Shown here piece by piece: positions 11,801-24,480 of a DNA stretch of 64,000 nt. A model generated the notes under the pieces. It worked only from the letters and a program-made list of their open reading frames with translations. It ran no database searches and was not told the origin of the DNA. How positions within the stretch are numbered: the first letter of the stretch is position 1; the number at the start of each line of letters is the position of its first letter. Made by a program: the position numbers and the translations under genes. The stretch comes from Octopus sinensis (lineage: Eukaryota), in assembly GCF_006345805.1 (NCBI RefSeq), contig NC_043000.1:90520001-90584000 (forward strand), read 5' to 3'.

Positions 11801-12680
11801 AATTCAGTGGTGACATCAGGATGCAATTTGGTCTTGATAAATGTGCAAAAGCTACCTTTATCAAAGAAAAAATGACAGAAACATCCAATTTTAATCTTGA
11901 CCAGCAGAATACCATAAAGGAATTAGAACCAGCGGAGAGCTACAAATACCTAGGAGTATCCGAATCAAACATTCAGTGATGAAGGAAAGGATCAGAAGAG
12001 AATATTATCGCAGGGTAAGGGCAATACTCAAGAGAATGCAAAAAACAGGATCGAAGCGATCAATACTTTAGCCATACCAGTCGTGACTTACAGTTTCAAT
12101 ACCATTAACTGGTCAATTACTGAAGTATGTAATCTTGACAGAAAAATACGAAAATTGTTGACAATGCATAGAATGCACCACCCTAAGGCAGATATAGAAC
12201 GACTTTACCTGCCAAGAAAAAAGGGAAGCCGTGAACTTTTACAACTGGAATTAACAATGGAAATTGCCAAAACTGGCCTAGACACCTACCTGAAAAATTC
12301 TGATGACTGGATGTTATAACTTGTCTCAAAGCATTAAAACAACAAAACATCATACTCAGTAACAAAACAGGCAAAGGAATATCTTTGGGGTTTGAATAAT
12401 TCACCTCTGGAAACATGGGTGTTTCGTTCAACATCCTTATACAACCCTTATTCAGGTTTTTTTTTGTGTAGGATGGGTTACTCGACCTGATGAAAATTCT
12501 AACTGGGTCCCACCTGCAATGTCAGGCGCTGTTAATTTTGATATGAGATCACCATGTTGCGCACATATGGTTGCGATTCATGTGTCTGGTGTACCCTTAT
12601 CAAATAGATAGTCATGATGTGTATACTGGACTTCGTATATTTTACACCGGTTTCACTTTGATGGAAAGCACTGTTCTCAA
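8847..12680 (+). mobile_element. Long degenerate R4/Dong-type LINE (N-terminal region plus RT), REL domain deleted, TAA tail; 5' boundary uncertain
   Basis: Frameshifted ORFs 9415-12319 with WKSPGKDNIPNFWL, YRPITCLPTMYK, EQKGCKRGSYGCKDKLLINK, IDYKKAFDS, NHLIYMND, QFGLDKCAK, YKYLG and HHPKADIERLYLPRKKG; (TAA)n from 12679. Confidence 0.85.
11120..11417 (+). other. GC-rich insertion composed of degenerate 28S rRNA fragments, splitting the LINE RT
   Basis: 11166-11207 matches the conserved 28S core AGCGCGGGTAAACGGCGGGAGTAACTATGACTCTCTTAAGGT at 39/42 (first 26 nt identical). Further 28S-like blocks at 11126-11147 and 11239-11265. TCTG repeats at 11116-11119 and 11418-11421. About 55% GC by hand count, in AT-rich LINE sequence. 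Confidence 0.85.
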
Positions 12681-12691
12681 TAATAATAATG

Positions 12692-12755
<64 letters not shown>

Positions 12756-12787
12756 TGGGAAGTAGTGACAAATCTCATTCGCCCTGC

Positions 12788-12854
<67 letters not shown>

Positions 12855-12888
12855 TATAATATATATATATATATATATACATATATAC

Positions 12889-12949
<61 letters not shown>

Positions 12950-13624
12950 CACATATATTTATATTTTTTTAATACTTATGCACATACATTTATATATATA
13001 TATTTATACATACGCATAAGCATACATATAAGCACAGACATGTATATACTTACACACACACACACACACACACTCACACACGCACACTCACACACTGACA
13101 TACATCTACACACTTACACACACACAGGGAAACTACTGTTTTAACTTTCCCCGCCAAAACTATTTTGTTTAATTAATTACTCTGGTGTATTTAGTCGAAC
13201 ACATCTGCTGTTATATCGATTACAAAGAAATATGACAGTTTAGAACATATCAGCAAATATAGGAAATACACAATTTCGTCATCTTTGAACATAAATCACG
13301 ATATATATACTATATAGACAGATTGCCTATTTATATAATTATTGTCATGAAGGCTTCGGGGCTGTTTTTGAGATCGGCCATTTTGTTTTGTTCTTTTTTT
13401 GCGAGCGTTAGTCTTCTGCTTCTCTTTTCACTCCTATTATATCCGCATGTGTAACGTGGATGTTACAAGATTTATCGTGCAAGGAAGCTAGTGGTAACTG
13501 ATTTGCACTACCGCTGCAAAACTGACGCATAACGTGGTTTTTTACTTGTATATTTTTTGGGATCAAAATATCAAAATATGTTTATCAGCTGACTGACAAA
13601 ATAATACACACACACACACACACA

Positions 13625-13692
<68 letters not shown>

Positions 13693-13710
13693 ATACATAG
13701 ATATATATAT

Positions 13711-14126
13711 AGGCGCAGGAGTGGCTGTGTGGTAGGTAGCTTGCTTACCAGCCACATGGTTCCGGGTTCAGTTCTACTGTCTTCTATACAGCCTCGAGCC
13801 GACCAAAGCCTTGTGAGTGGATTTTGTAGACGGAAACTGAAAGAAGCCCGTCGTATATATATGCATATATATATGTATATATATATGTATATATGTATAT
13901 ATGTATATATGTGTATATGTTTGTGTGTCTGTGTTTGTCCCTGCACCATTGCTTGACAACCAATGTTGGTGTGTTTACGTACCCGTAACTTAGCGGTTTG
14001 TCAAAAGAGACCGATAGACTAAGCACTAGGCTTACAAAGAATAAGTCCTGGGGTCGATTTGCTCGACTAAAGGCGGTTCTCCAGCATGGCCACAGTCAAA
14101 TGACTTAAACAAATAGAAGAATAAAA

Positions 14127-14129
<3 letters not shown>
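13711..14129 (+). mobile_element. Composite tRNA-derived SINE (head A, internal microsatellite, body B)
   Basis: AGGCGCAGGAGTGGCTGTGTGGTAG head with B-box-like GGTTCAG, (TA/TG)n middle, B body ending GTCAAATGACTTAAACAAATAGAAGAATAAAAGA. Confidence 0.85.
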
Positions 14130-14199
<70 letters not shown>

Positions 14200-14314
14200 T
14201 ATAATCGTACATTTATACATATGCTTATATACATAGATATGAATGTTTATACATGCGAACCTAAGCACACATACGTATGAATTCTTATACTTATACATCC
14301 CATATATTAGTTAC

Positions 14315-14513
14315 AAATTTTGGCACAGGGCCAGCAGTTTCAGGGATGGGGTTGAGTTGATAACAACGACCCCACCGTTCGACTGGCACTTACTTTATCG
14401 AAAGGATGAAAAGGAAATCAATCTCGGCGGAATTCGAACTCAGAACGTACAGGTGAACGAAATGCTGCTAATCATCTCGACCGGAGCGCCAACGATTCTG
14501 TTAGCTCGCCACT
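14315..14513 (-). mobile_element. SINE, family C
   Basis: Shares GGATGAAA...CTCGGCGGAATTCGAACTCAGAACGTA with many other copies in the window. Confidence 0.75.
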
Positions 14514-15040
14514 TTAACTCATCCCATAGATCAGTGCCAAAAATGTGGGTATCAGGGATATATCTGAATGGGTATTTCGCCATATTGAAAAGGCGTGTGT
14601 TCTAGTGGTTTGTTAACTGAGCTCAAGATAATAATTTATTGGGCTTGATTTCTAATACGGGAGATGTGTTGCTTTCTTGAGCAAGGAACTTTACTTATCC
14701 TTGCTTCAGCCAGCTCATCTGATAAAGAATATTATTAAAATTGACTGGGACTCAAGGCCAGCAGCTACTTAATGCAACAGTGTTTACGAGTAAGTGGTAT
14801 GGTTAAAAACGATCAGATATGACGAGGGATACATCTATTGTGTACTGTTATATCCCATCTGTACCCTTTTTATCTACCAGTTTGGGAATTAATTACAATG
14901 TCTACTAATAGAGAGGGCAACCAGAAGAATATAGAATTCCATTTTGAGATAGGAGACATCAACAGAAACCGACAGAAATATTTCAACTTATAATATATAA
15001 TGCATTGTCGAACAGTTTATAATATTTATTTCGTTATTAA

Positions 15041-15150
15041 GCAAGCAGAATTGTTTGCACGCCTGGTAAAATGCTTGGCAGCATTTCGTCCGTCTTTACA
15101 TTCTTGGATTCAAATGCCGCCGGGGTCAACTTTGCCTTTCATACTTTCAG
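15041..15150 (+). mobile_element. SINE family C, partial
   Basis: GCAGAATTGTT...AAATGCTTGGCAGCATTTCGTCCGTCTTTACATTCT...GGTCAACTTTGCCTTTCAT. Confidence 0.65.
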
Positions 15151-15429
15151 ATCTCTAGCACCAATTAGTTCAAAGCAGCCTAGCTCCTAACAACACTGAA
15201 TCAAGTACTTGCAAGTACGCTCAATGCTTAAGTTATAGTACACCTGTTTCTTCATTAATAGCTTCACACTAACCACTGGCTCCGAAGTCTAGTTCTAAAC
15301 CAAGCAAAACTTCAACTGTGCGATTGTCAATATTGCAAAACATGCACATTGGGACTTTCTCTTCGTTTCACTGTGTCAGTTACATGCCGTTTACTGTACC
15401 AGAATTACATAACACCCTGCGACTATAAA

Positions 15430-15492
15430 TCTTACTGTAATGGGCGTTATGTCCGTCTGTCTGTCTGTCCGTTCGTCTGTCTGTCTGTCCGT

Positions 15493-15524
<32 letters not shown>

Positions 15525-15726
15525 TCGTCTGTCTGTCTGTCTGTCTGTTCCCTCTTCACGGGCAAACGGCTGGACGAATGGTCATGATGTTTTTCGGGAT
15601 TACGGAGGTAATCAGGAAGGTTTTTTAGCGAAAAAAATGTGAAAGAGTATGATTATTTAGTGGATATTGAATTTTGTATTAATAAATCACCTTTATACCC
15701 CCATCGTAGATGGGTAGATTTGCTAG
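15430..15726 (+). mobile_element. Non-autonomous Helitron-like element
   Basis: 5' TC after A, internal (CTGT)n, 3' hairpin CCCATC-GTA-GATGGG (15700-15714), then CTAG (15723-15726) followed by T. Confidence 0.65.
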
Positions 15727-15960
15727 TTATATAAATACATCTATATTTATAATAACTTTCTTCTTCTACTTATGATTGTGTATGTAACAAATGAAACTTT
15801 GAAATCCCAAGCTCTAAAATATCATGAGCTCGATTCATTCGACGAAAAATTTTTCAAGGCCCTGCTGCAGCTTGGCCGCAGTCTAATGACTGAAACAAGT
15901 AAAGGATAAAAGATAAAAGATATATGAAGAAAGAATTTCTTAAATTAAAATCAAACTATA

Positions 15961-17064
15961 TACAGGGTTGTGCAAAAGTAGGTATACAGTTATGAAAAAA
16001 GAAAACACGTACAATACTCATTTATTTTTATAAGAAAAAAAATAAAAGTTACGATAAAAGTATTGATATAATTCTTGTTGGATAGATAAACTGTACATTC
16101 CTCCTGGTTAAACGTGGTAGCAAGCAGCTATTTTAAATATACCAATAGCTAGTCGACAGTTGAAGGTAGAGAGCACGAGTAGACAGTGGTATCTGTGCTG
16201 ATATAGTAATTATACTGTGATATACTGAGTGGGCGTTATAATTATCCAATCTTTTGAGGATAATAACGGGGGTGGGGGGTTGTACAGTGCCAAATATTCT
16301 ATAAACGACTTCGAAATATAACAATATCTGTCAGAGCGACAACCGTCGTCAAAAGACAGATACAACAGTGGTAAAAGACCGCACTACAACAGTTATGATA
16401 AATGTATTATTATGATTAATGACACAGAAAATATCGAAAAATGAGGCTAACTAATTTAATGTGCGGATCCAGTGAGTCTCATTCGCAAAATGATCCCTCC
16501 TTTAATTTTGCTCAGATTACTTACGATTTTGGTGCATCGATGCAACTCTGAATTTTGATCACGAACAACCAATTACTTTATCTCGTAAATTAAAGAATCT
16601 GATGTTATTTGGAATTAAAGTTGGAAAATTTGGGTAACAGATAGCGAGACATTAGCAGCTTGTTACCATGACAACCGCACGCTGTGTTGTGTTTCACTTC
16701 ACTCGTATCTTTGCCGCACGTAATCAATAGCGTGAAACGCCGTCTTTGTCACTTGGATGTTAAGTCACTGTAAGTATAGCAAAAGTTGTTTACGATGTTT
16801 ATACAGTTTCTTGGCATTATGAAGGTGAATTGACAGTATTGCCAACCTTCAGGGACTCATTGACTCAAATAGCTGGATTTATGATTTCGCTAGGTTAATT
16901 CTATTCATAAACATTTGAATTAGGAGTATTTCTTAAACCGTTAGCTTCACATTTCTTTTTTCTTGGGACAAATTCTTTGTTGATCTGTGTTATTCTTATC
17001 GTAGTTTACAAATCCAAGCATAGAAACGTTACTCGACTTTGGAGTTTTGTAGACAGACACCCCC

Positions 17065-17102
<38 letters not shown>

Positions 17103-17718
17103 AATGCATAAACGTACATATTAACTTATATATGAATACATACATCTACATTTACTTATATATTAATGATGTACACAAATACATGACAGATGTACATAAT
17201 ACTGAAATATGCATAAACACATGCAGCCAAATATATTAATATAGCAAATAAAAGATAATAATAAAAACATACGACCAATGAAGAGACAAAAGAAACAGTA
17301 AGATCATACATGCTGATTTTATTAGGTATTTGTGTTTATTTAGAAACCTACAATGAACAGGTAATTTCACAGACGCTAAACTATAAATTTCACAGGGTAC
17401 AACCTTAAAGTTGATACCGATCCGCTAAACGCAGAAAATTTGTCTCACGATTTGCTAAAAATACAGTTTTCCCGATTTTTAAACCTCTGTAACTTTTGCC
17501 TCCAATGTTCTTCTCCACAACATCATACCTTCATAGCAATGAGACTGGAAGACTACATTATTATAACCGATTTTCAGATTTTTTTAAACATCATTTAAAA
17601 AAATGCATATTTTGCGAATCAATTTGACTAGATCCTAATGTGGTAATAATTTTAATGAATTAAGTATTATAACATTGATGTGATACTTACTGTATACCTA
17701 CTTTTGCACTCCATTGTA
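15961..17718 (-). mobile_element. Tc1/mariner-type TIR pair enclosing a degenerate transposase N-terminus and unrelated sequence
   Basis: 15970-15990 GTGCAAAAGTAGGTATACAGT is the exact reverse complement of 17689-17709; TA at both outer ends; ORF 16133-16324(-) RIFGTVQPPTPVIILKRLDNY resembles a mariner-family (DUF4817-like) HTH. Confidence 0.6.
16662..16675. promoter_or_regulatory. RFX X-box-like motif
   Basis: GTTACCATGACAAC, one mismatch from the GTNRCCATRGYAAC-type consensus, in a CpG-containing non-repetitive stretch; strong splice-donor-like GTAAGT at 16770. Confidence 0.3.
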
Positions 17719-18180
17719 TATTAAAACTTTTTAAAACCATATGGAGTTTTGGTGGTGTGTTAAACGGGTTTTCGCCGTTTTCAGCTTTCCCAAAAGCTGT
17801 TTTTAAACAAGTAAAAAAACTGCAAAATTTCATTTCACTGTTTTTTTAGATTATTTTTTTTTTATATATTTCATAACTTGTAATTTAAGAAAATCGTTCT
17901 TAATATTGTGATAGTATCAAGAACTTTTTCTAAAAACATTGTGTGTGTGTGTGTGTGTGTACGTACGCACATGGTAGTATGGCTAAGGGGAAGGTTTTGC
18001 TGCTAAATAGGAGATTAAATATATGCACATATAGATTATATCCTTTCCTTGATATTTAGATTTTTAACTCTAATCATGTTTTAATTAACTTTGTCTTAAA
18101 GTATCAAGCAATAACATGACATTGACATTTATATATATTAATAAGATATAGTATCGTATATATTGTCAGATGCATATATA

Positions 18181-18292
18181 AAGGATGAAAGGCAAAGTCA
18201 ACCTCGGTGGAATTGAACTCAGAACATGAAGACAGACGAAATGCCGGTAAACATTTTGCCCGGCGCGCTAACGACTCTGCCAGGTTGCTACC
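18181..18292 (-). mobile_element. SINE family C, 5' half
   Basis: AAGGATGAAAGGCAAAGTCAACCTCGGTGGAATTGAACTCAGAAC. Confidence 0.75.
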
Positions 18293-18507
18293 TCTTTTGG
18301 TACTAATATAGATAGTTAGATAGATATAGATATAGACTTACATACGTACACACAAGTTGTCTATGCAGTTAACCAATTGACGAATAATAAAGAAATGGAA
18401 TTGAACCAGTGCGTGGATTTATTATTGGTATAATGACCCTCCCGAGTTACAAAAAATCTGTTTCGAAACTCGAGTTCAGATCAAATACAATAACAAAATG
18501 TATATTG

Positions 18508-18720
18508 GCTTCAAAATTTAGCATAACGCCAGTAATTTCAGGGGAAGGACTAAGTCGATTAAATCGAACCCAGTACTCAACTGGTACTTATTTTATCGAC
18601 CCCGGAAGGATGCAAGGTGAAGTCGGCCCCAGCGGCATTTGAACGCAAAACATAAAGCCGAAAGAAATGCTGTAAAACATTTTGTCCGGTGCGCTAACGA
18701 TTCTGTCAGCTCGCCGCCTT
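18508..18720 (-). mobile_element. SINE family C (left member of an inverted pair)
   Basis: Full-length match to family C on the minus strand. Confidence 0.8.
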
Positions 18721-18747
18721 AGTAATATTATCAATATTAGTACCAAA

Positions 18748-18960
18748 AGAGGTGGCAAGCTGGCAGAGTCGTTAGCGCGCCGGGCAAAATGTTTACCAGC
18801 ATTTCGTCTGTCTCACGTTCTGAGTTCAATTCCACCGAGGTTGACTTTACCTTTCATCCTTTCGATATTGATAAAATAAGTACCAGTTGAACATTGGAGT
18901 CGATGCAATCGATTTATACCTAACCCCGAAATGGCTGACTCTACACCAAAATTTGAAATC
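18748..18960 (+). mobile_element. SINE family C (right member of an inverted pair)
   Basis: GGTGGCAAGCTGGCAGAGTCGTTAGC...CCAAAATTTGAAA. Confidence 0.8.
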
Positions 18961-19527
18961 AATATTAGTATCAATAAATAATAATTCGGTATTCTCGGAG
19001 AAACAGTACTTCGCCTTTGGATGAATTGAAATATCCACACACACGTATGCGCGCGCACGCACGCACACAAACACGTTTCAATGTACATTGAAAAACTAAT
19101 AGCATTTAATACAAATAATTAAAACCTAGATAGAAATGTTTATATCTTAATCAGAAATTATTCCTTCATTGTAATTTGTAGCTTCACGATGGCGAAGGTC
19201 ACACAAAGAAGAAATATGTTAAATAAAAGATAAATTTGAATATTTATGTGTCTTTATATATATCTATGTATCTATACACACACACACACGCATACACATG
19301 TAAATATAAATTATCTTTTCGTTTGTTTTCATCCTATCCAGTGTTATTTGAATTTATACAAAAAAATATTTTTATCGTGGTGTTTTTGAGTTTTTTGGGA
19401 GCTCAATTCTTTCTCTATAAATTTTATTTATCGTTTTTGAAATTTGAATAAATTTTATCTCTTTTCAAAAAAAAAAAACCCATCGAACTTCTCTGACATC
19501 CGAAAGTCTCTCCTTCTCCATCTCTCG

Positions 19528-19575
<48 letters not shown>

Positions 19576-19668
19576 ATATTTCGGAATGGTCATTTTGCCA
19601 GTTTAGCCAATAAAATCTTGCACAACGAATATATAAATGTATATACATATATATACCCTTTCTCTCTT

Positions 19669-19725
<57 letters not shown>

Positions 19726-19792
19726 CTATATATGTATGTGTGTGTGTGTGTTTTGTGAATTGGTATTTTTTAAATATATATTCTTGAAACTT

Positions 19793-19870
19793 GAGAACTA
19801 AATAAACTCAATCCAAACATAAAATATTCTATTGAGATGAAGACGAACGACTCGCAGTTTTTAAATGGTA
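19793..19870 (+). mobile_element. Possible Penelope-like RT remnant
   Basis: Translates to ELNKLNPNIKYSIEMKTNDSQFL, similar to the PLE RT motif LNxxHPxIKFTxE...LPFLD. Confidence 0.35.
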
Positions 19871-20130
19871 CAAGCCTGAAATACTTGAAGGAAGGCTGCG
19901 ATTCAAACATTCAGAAGATTTATTAAAATGTAATGCAGCCTTGTCTACCAAAAGATATCAACATTATGATAAAGCAATGAAGCAGTTAACATATGTGAAT
20001 AAATCTTCAAGTCAGCCTCTATCCCACGTTAAAATCGTTGGAGAATATCAGACATGTTTTAACAAAGAAATTTTGGTCGATCGAGTGGAGAAAGACGTAG
20101 AAAAACACCTTCGAGAATACAAAATACAGC

Positions 20131-20227
<97 letters not shown>

Positions 20228-20380
20228 CGTCTGCCTGTCTGTATTCATGAATATCTATGTATCCATATGTATACATTTTTATCTATCTAGCAATCTATAT
20301 GTCTGTCTATCTATCCATCTATGTCTGCCTGTCTGTTCGTCTTTCTCTATTTTTCTTATTCTTTTTCCCTGTATGTATAT

Positions 20381-20526
20381 GTGGCTGTGTGGTAAGAAGC
20401 CTGCTTCCCAACCACATGGTTCCACTTTCAGTCCCACAGCATTGCACCTTAGGCAGGTATTTATTGGATGAAAGGCGGTGCTCCGGCATAGCCGCAGTGA
20501 AATGACTGAAACAAGTAAAAGAATAA
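20381..20526 (+). mobile_element. Internally deleted A/B SINE (head fused directly to the body 3' end)
   Basis: GTGGCTGTGTGGTAAGAAGC head continuing into AAAGGCGGTGCTCCGGCATAGCCGCAGTGAAATGACTGAAACAAG. Confidence 0.7.
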
Positions 20527-20586
20527 AATAATATAAATATAGTATATATATATGTATATATATACATACACACACACACACACACA

Positions 20587-20629
<43 letters not shown>

Positions 20630-21379
20630 CACTTATGTATACACACTTAGACATACGCACACATACATGTATAACGAGGCACTTAGATATACGCGTGTGT
20701 GTGGTGTATATATCTGCAAGAATTGTAAAGATAAACAGCCGTACATTTCTAAGTCATCTTTCCTCTATAACGTTATGTATACATGTATATACATGTTTCC
20801 ATACATACATACATACGCAATATATACATACATATATACATACATGCTTACATATATGTATATGTGTATATGTGTCAGTGCGTATATAAAAGTGTAAATA
20901 CTTTAATTCCTAATAAATGCATTTATTTATAGACACAACACTTCCTTGTTAGGAAACGAAACGGAACGAAACGAAACAGCTTTGTACTTTGGAACTCTCA
21001 CTGAAAAAGGAGTCGATTTTCGTTGACTGTCATTATTACCCGCTAAACTTGCATCACATTCTCAAAGAAGTAGTCTCGTTTGGATCGCTTTACCATCAGT
21101 CATACGACACTACGCTAACGTCAACGAACCATTGGCAACTAGCGAAGAGAACATATAACACAAATCGCTGTACAAACTCTCCTGCTACTAAATAAGGTAT
21201 CTGATTATGATCTTTGTCATTGGAAGCCGTCTAACAGTCCGTAATGTTTACCATAACAGCACCATTAATAATTGTCTGGTTGAGGATGCAGTGTTGCCGT
21301 GCTTTTAGTAGGACATATGTACTGAGATAACTATTTTACTTGTCTCGACTCTTTGTTGTTGGTATTGGTAGTTTTGTTG

Positions 21380-21723
21380 GCTAGGTTCTTCTTCTTCTTC
21401 CTTTCCCTCTCCTCCTGCGCCTCCCCTTCTTCTTCTTCTTCTTCTTCTTCTCTTCTCCTTCTTCTTCTTCTTCTTCTTCTTCTTCTTCTTCTTCTTCTTC
21501 TTCTTTCTTCTTCTTCTTCTTCTTCTTTTCTTCTTCTTCTTCATCTTCTTCTTCTTCTTCTTCTTCTTGTCTTCTTCTTCTTTTCTTCTTCTTTTCTTCT
21601 TCTTCTTTTCTTCTTCATCATCATATTCTTCTTCTTCTTCTTGTCTTCTTCTTCTTTTCTTCTTCTTTTCTTCTTCTTCTTTTCTTCTTCATCATCATAT
21701 TCTTCTTCTTCTTCTCCTCCTCC

Positions 21724-21801
<78 letters not shown>

Positions 21802-21806
21802 GTCTG

Positions 21807-21870
<64 letters not shown>
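21380..21870. repeat. (CTT)n followed by (TATC)n microsatellites
   Basis: Directly visible. Confidence 0.95.
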
Positions 21871-21917
21871 CCATAATCGGATATTTCTATGCATACATAT
21901 ATGTGCATATGTATATA

Positions 21918-21968
<51 letters not shown>

Positions 21969-23350
21969 TATATATATATATGTATATATATATAAGTATA
22001 TATATGTATGTGTGTATATATGTACGCACGCATTCTATATATATTCAAGCATACCTACATAAATATACGCACACACACACACATATATCTACCAGTATAC
22101 ACACAGACATCCATGGACTCACACATAAATATGCATAGAAGCATATGTATTTATAAAAATGTATATATATATATATATATATATTGTCACACATGAATAC
22201 ATATACACGAAGCCTCACATCACGTACAAGAAGTTACATATGAATAAATACGATATATAAACACAATACTATTCATAATTATTTGTACATTTATATAGAC
22301 ACAAACACGAAGTACACACACACACACACGCACACACACACACACACGCACGCACACACACACACACACACGCACACACACACACAACCTGAAGATTGAG
22401 AAACATCACGACCATATTTCTTATCCATATACTTAACGTCTTGTATTTCACATTTCCACATTAATGTCTTCCTGGTATAGAAGCGTGTGTTCGGTATGTA
22501 GAATAGCAAATATATGTGAACCACATTGATAATAAATGTAAAGTGTTGACATTGATGAACTTGTAGCATTAGTACAGAATTATAAACAATGAAATGAAAC
22601 TCCAAATAAAACGAAAATGAAAGAATAATATATTAAAAAATCACATTGTGAAATTCTAGAGTTAATGTCTACGGTATGGAGCTAAATATGTTAGTTGAAA
22701 CAACAAGGGCGCCATCTATGACCTATTTCGGAAGGCCTCAGAAAATACTGAACGGGTTGTGGAAAAAGACCAACATTTTTGTTTGTTGCAACAGAAAACA
22801 GCTCATCTACGCGAGAAATTTTAAATCTCGAATAGGAAACCCAGTACGAAAGCTTGCAACTGAGTAAATTTGGGTCAAAATATCCATTAATCAGGTAGTG
22901 GTGTTAAACAAGGCAAAGCATCAAACCTACTACTGTCAAAGAGGTGTAGTCCAATATCCCGGCTTCTGTACCGTTTTCGTTTACTCACTTTCATTCACTG
23001 AGCATGGCTCTTATCTGAGAACTTCTGTCAAAAGTACAAGCGTAGTAATGTAATTCGAAACACGATTTTTATCCAAGAAGTTAACGATTTCTGATAAGCG
23101 TCCATGTCAGTTACGGGGGCACTGAGTTCGATCGCTCACGGAGAAATTATACGAGATAAACAAACACTCATCGCAACTTTCCACTTTCGTGGATCGAATT
23201 TGCTTTCCATTATTTTCCGATGTCAATTTTAATTAATGTTTTAAACATTTTAATCAAATGTTTAAGTTTTATGTATGTATGTATGTATGTATGTATGTAT
23301 GTATGTATGTATGTATGTATGTATGTATGTATGTATGTATGTATGTATGT

Positions 23351-23903
23351 TATATCAGGTCACTTTCGAGTGCTACTGGTAACCTGTAACCCAGTACAAC
23401 CTGTTGCATGGTCGGGTCGTCGGCGACTAAACCGGCAACCCCACCAAGCTTGCTTGGTGAGGAGGGTGTTTATTGGTCACCCTGCGGGATGAAAAACAAA
23501 ACCCGTCAAAGGGCAGAGGAACTCTTGAGAGTCAACGGCCATCCAATAAATGTCTTAAGGCTGTATCATGCGCGGGGACATAGAAATAATCGGACTGAAT
23601 ACCCGATCGCACGGTTAAACCACTGGGAGTGAAGGGCTCCTAGCCTTTGTTAGGGCATCCATCTAGGAGAAGGTAACTGAGGTTACTGGGATAACTCCGA
23701 CATAAAACCTGCGGCTCAGTGGTTACCGATGATATTGACTTGTTCTTCTTTTCGGATTATGGCTGCTGTTGCTTAGTGAGTGGGATTTACTCAGTGCATA
23801 GCCTTTCCTCACTTTAAAAAAAACTTCTTGCACAGGCATTGCACGATAACAACATTGATTAAGCGTCGTGCAATGGCCATACTCATTAAAGAGGGGGCAG
23901 CCA
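23351..23903 (+). mobile_element. Non-autonomous RTE-type LINE derivative (5' UTR fused to 3' UTR), between (TATG)n tracts
   Basis: GGGCATCCATCTAGGAGAAGGTAACT (23653-23678) resembles a recurrent RTE 5' UTR motif (from memory); 3' 43 nt match the LINE 3' end at 61820-61862(-) at 39/43; no RT coding sequence between. Confidence 0.6.
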
Positions 23904-24047
23904 CCAGGTATGTATGTATGTATGTAGTGGCCCGGGAACAAAATTTGCTTAGGTGGTGCAAACCCAGGTTCAAATTTTTTTAACGTAAAAAGTCGATTTT
24001 TTCAATGTTAACATTAAGACAAATGCAGTTATAATAATTTTTATTAT

Positions 24048-24480
24048 TATGAGGGTCGGCTGAAATGTTCCTACTCTCATGGAATGTGACCAAATGAAGT
24101 CCATATTTTAATGTAGTTCCCCTTACTGTCCATACACTTCCATCAGTAGTTGTAGTACTTGGGTCGCGCTGGTGAAGACGCTATCATGTTGGTTAAAGTA
24201 TTCATCAACAGCAGATAAGATGTCATCACCACAGCGATACTGGTGCCCAACTGGGTGTTTGTTCATGCTGGGAAACAGATGATAATAAAATAGAACCAAA
24301 TCACTAACGTAGGGAGGGTAATCAACCAGTCCAAAGCCAGTCGCGCAGAGCAGACATTGAAACCAAACTTGTGTGCTGAAGCATTGTCCTAATGAAACAA
24401 AACTCCATCAGTTTTTCGTTTGGTCTTGATAGCCTTTCGTAACTGCCTTAGCAAGTTTGTGTTGAACTTTCAATTTATGT
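24048..24480 (-). mobile_element. Mariner transposase C-terminal remnant with one TIR
   Basis: Minus strand gives LRQLRKAIKTKR...GVLFH*DNASAH, typical of the mariner catalytic region; TATGAGGGTCGGCTGAAATGTTC TIR at 24048. Confidence 0.7.

Noticed and set aside
20950-21310. Unique-looking sequence as a host exon (also 49584-49672, 53260-53490, 54480-54660)
   Set aside because: Stops in likely frames or weak splice sites, and no recognisable homology.
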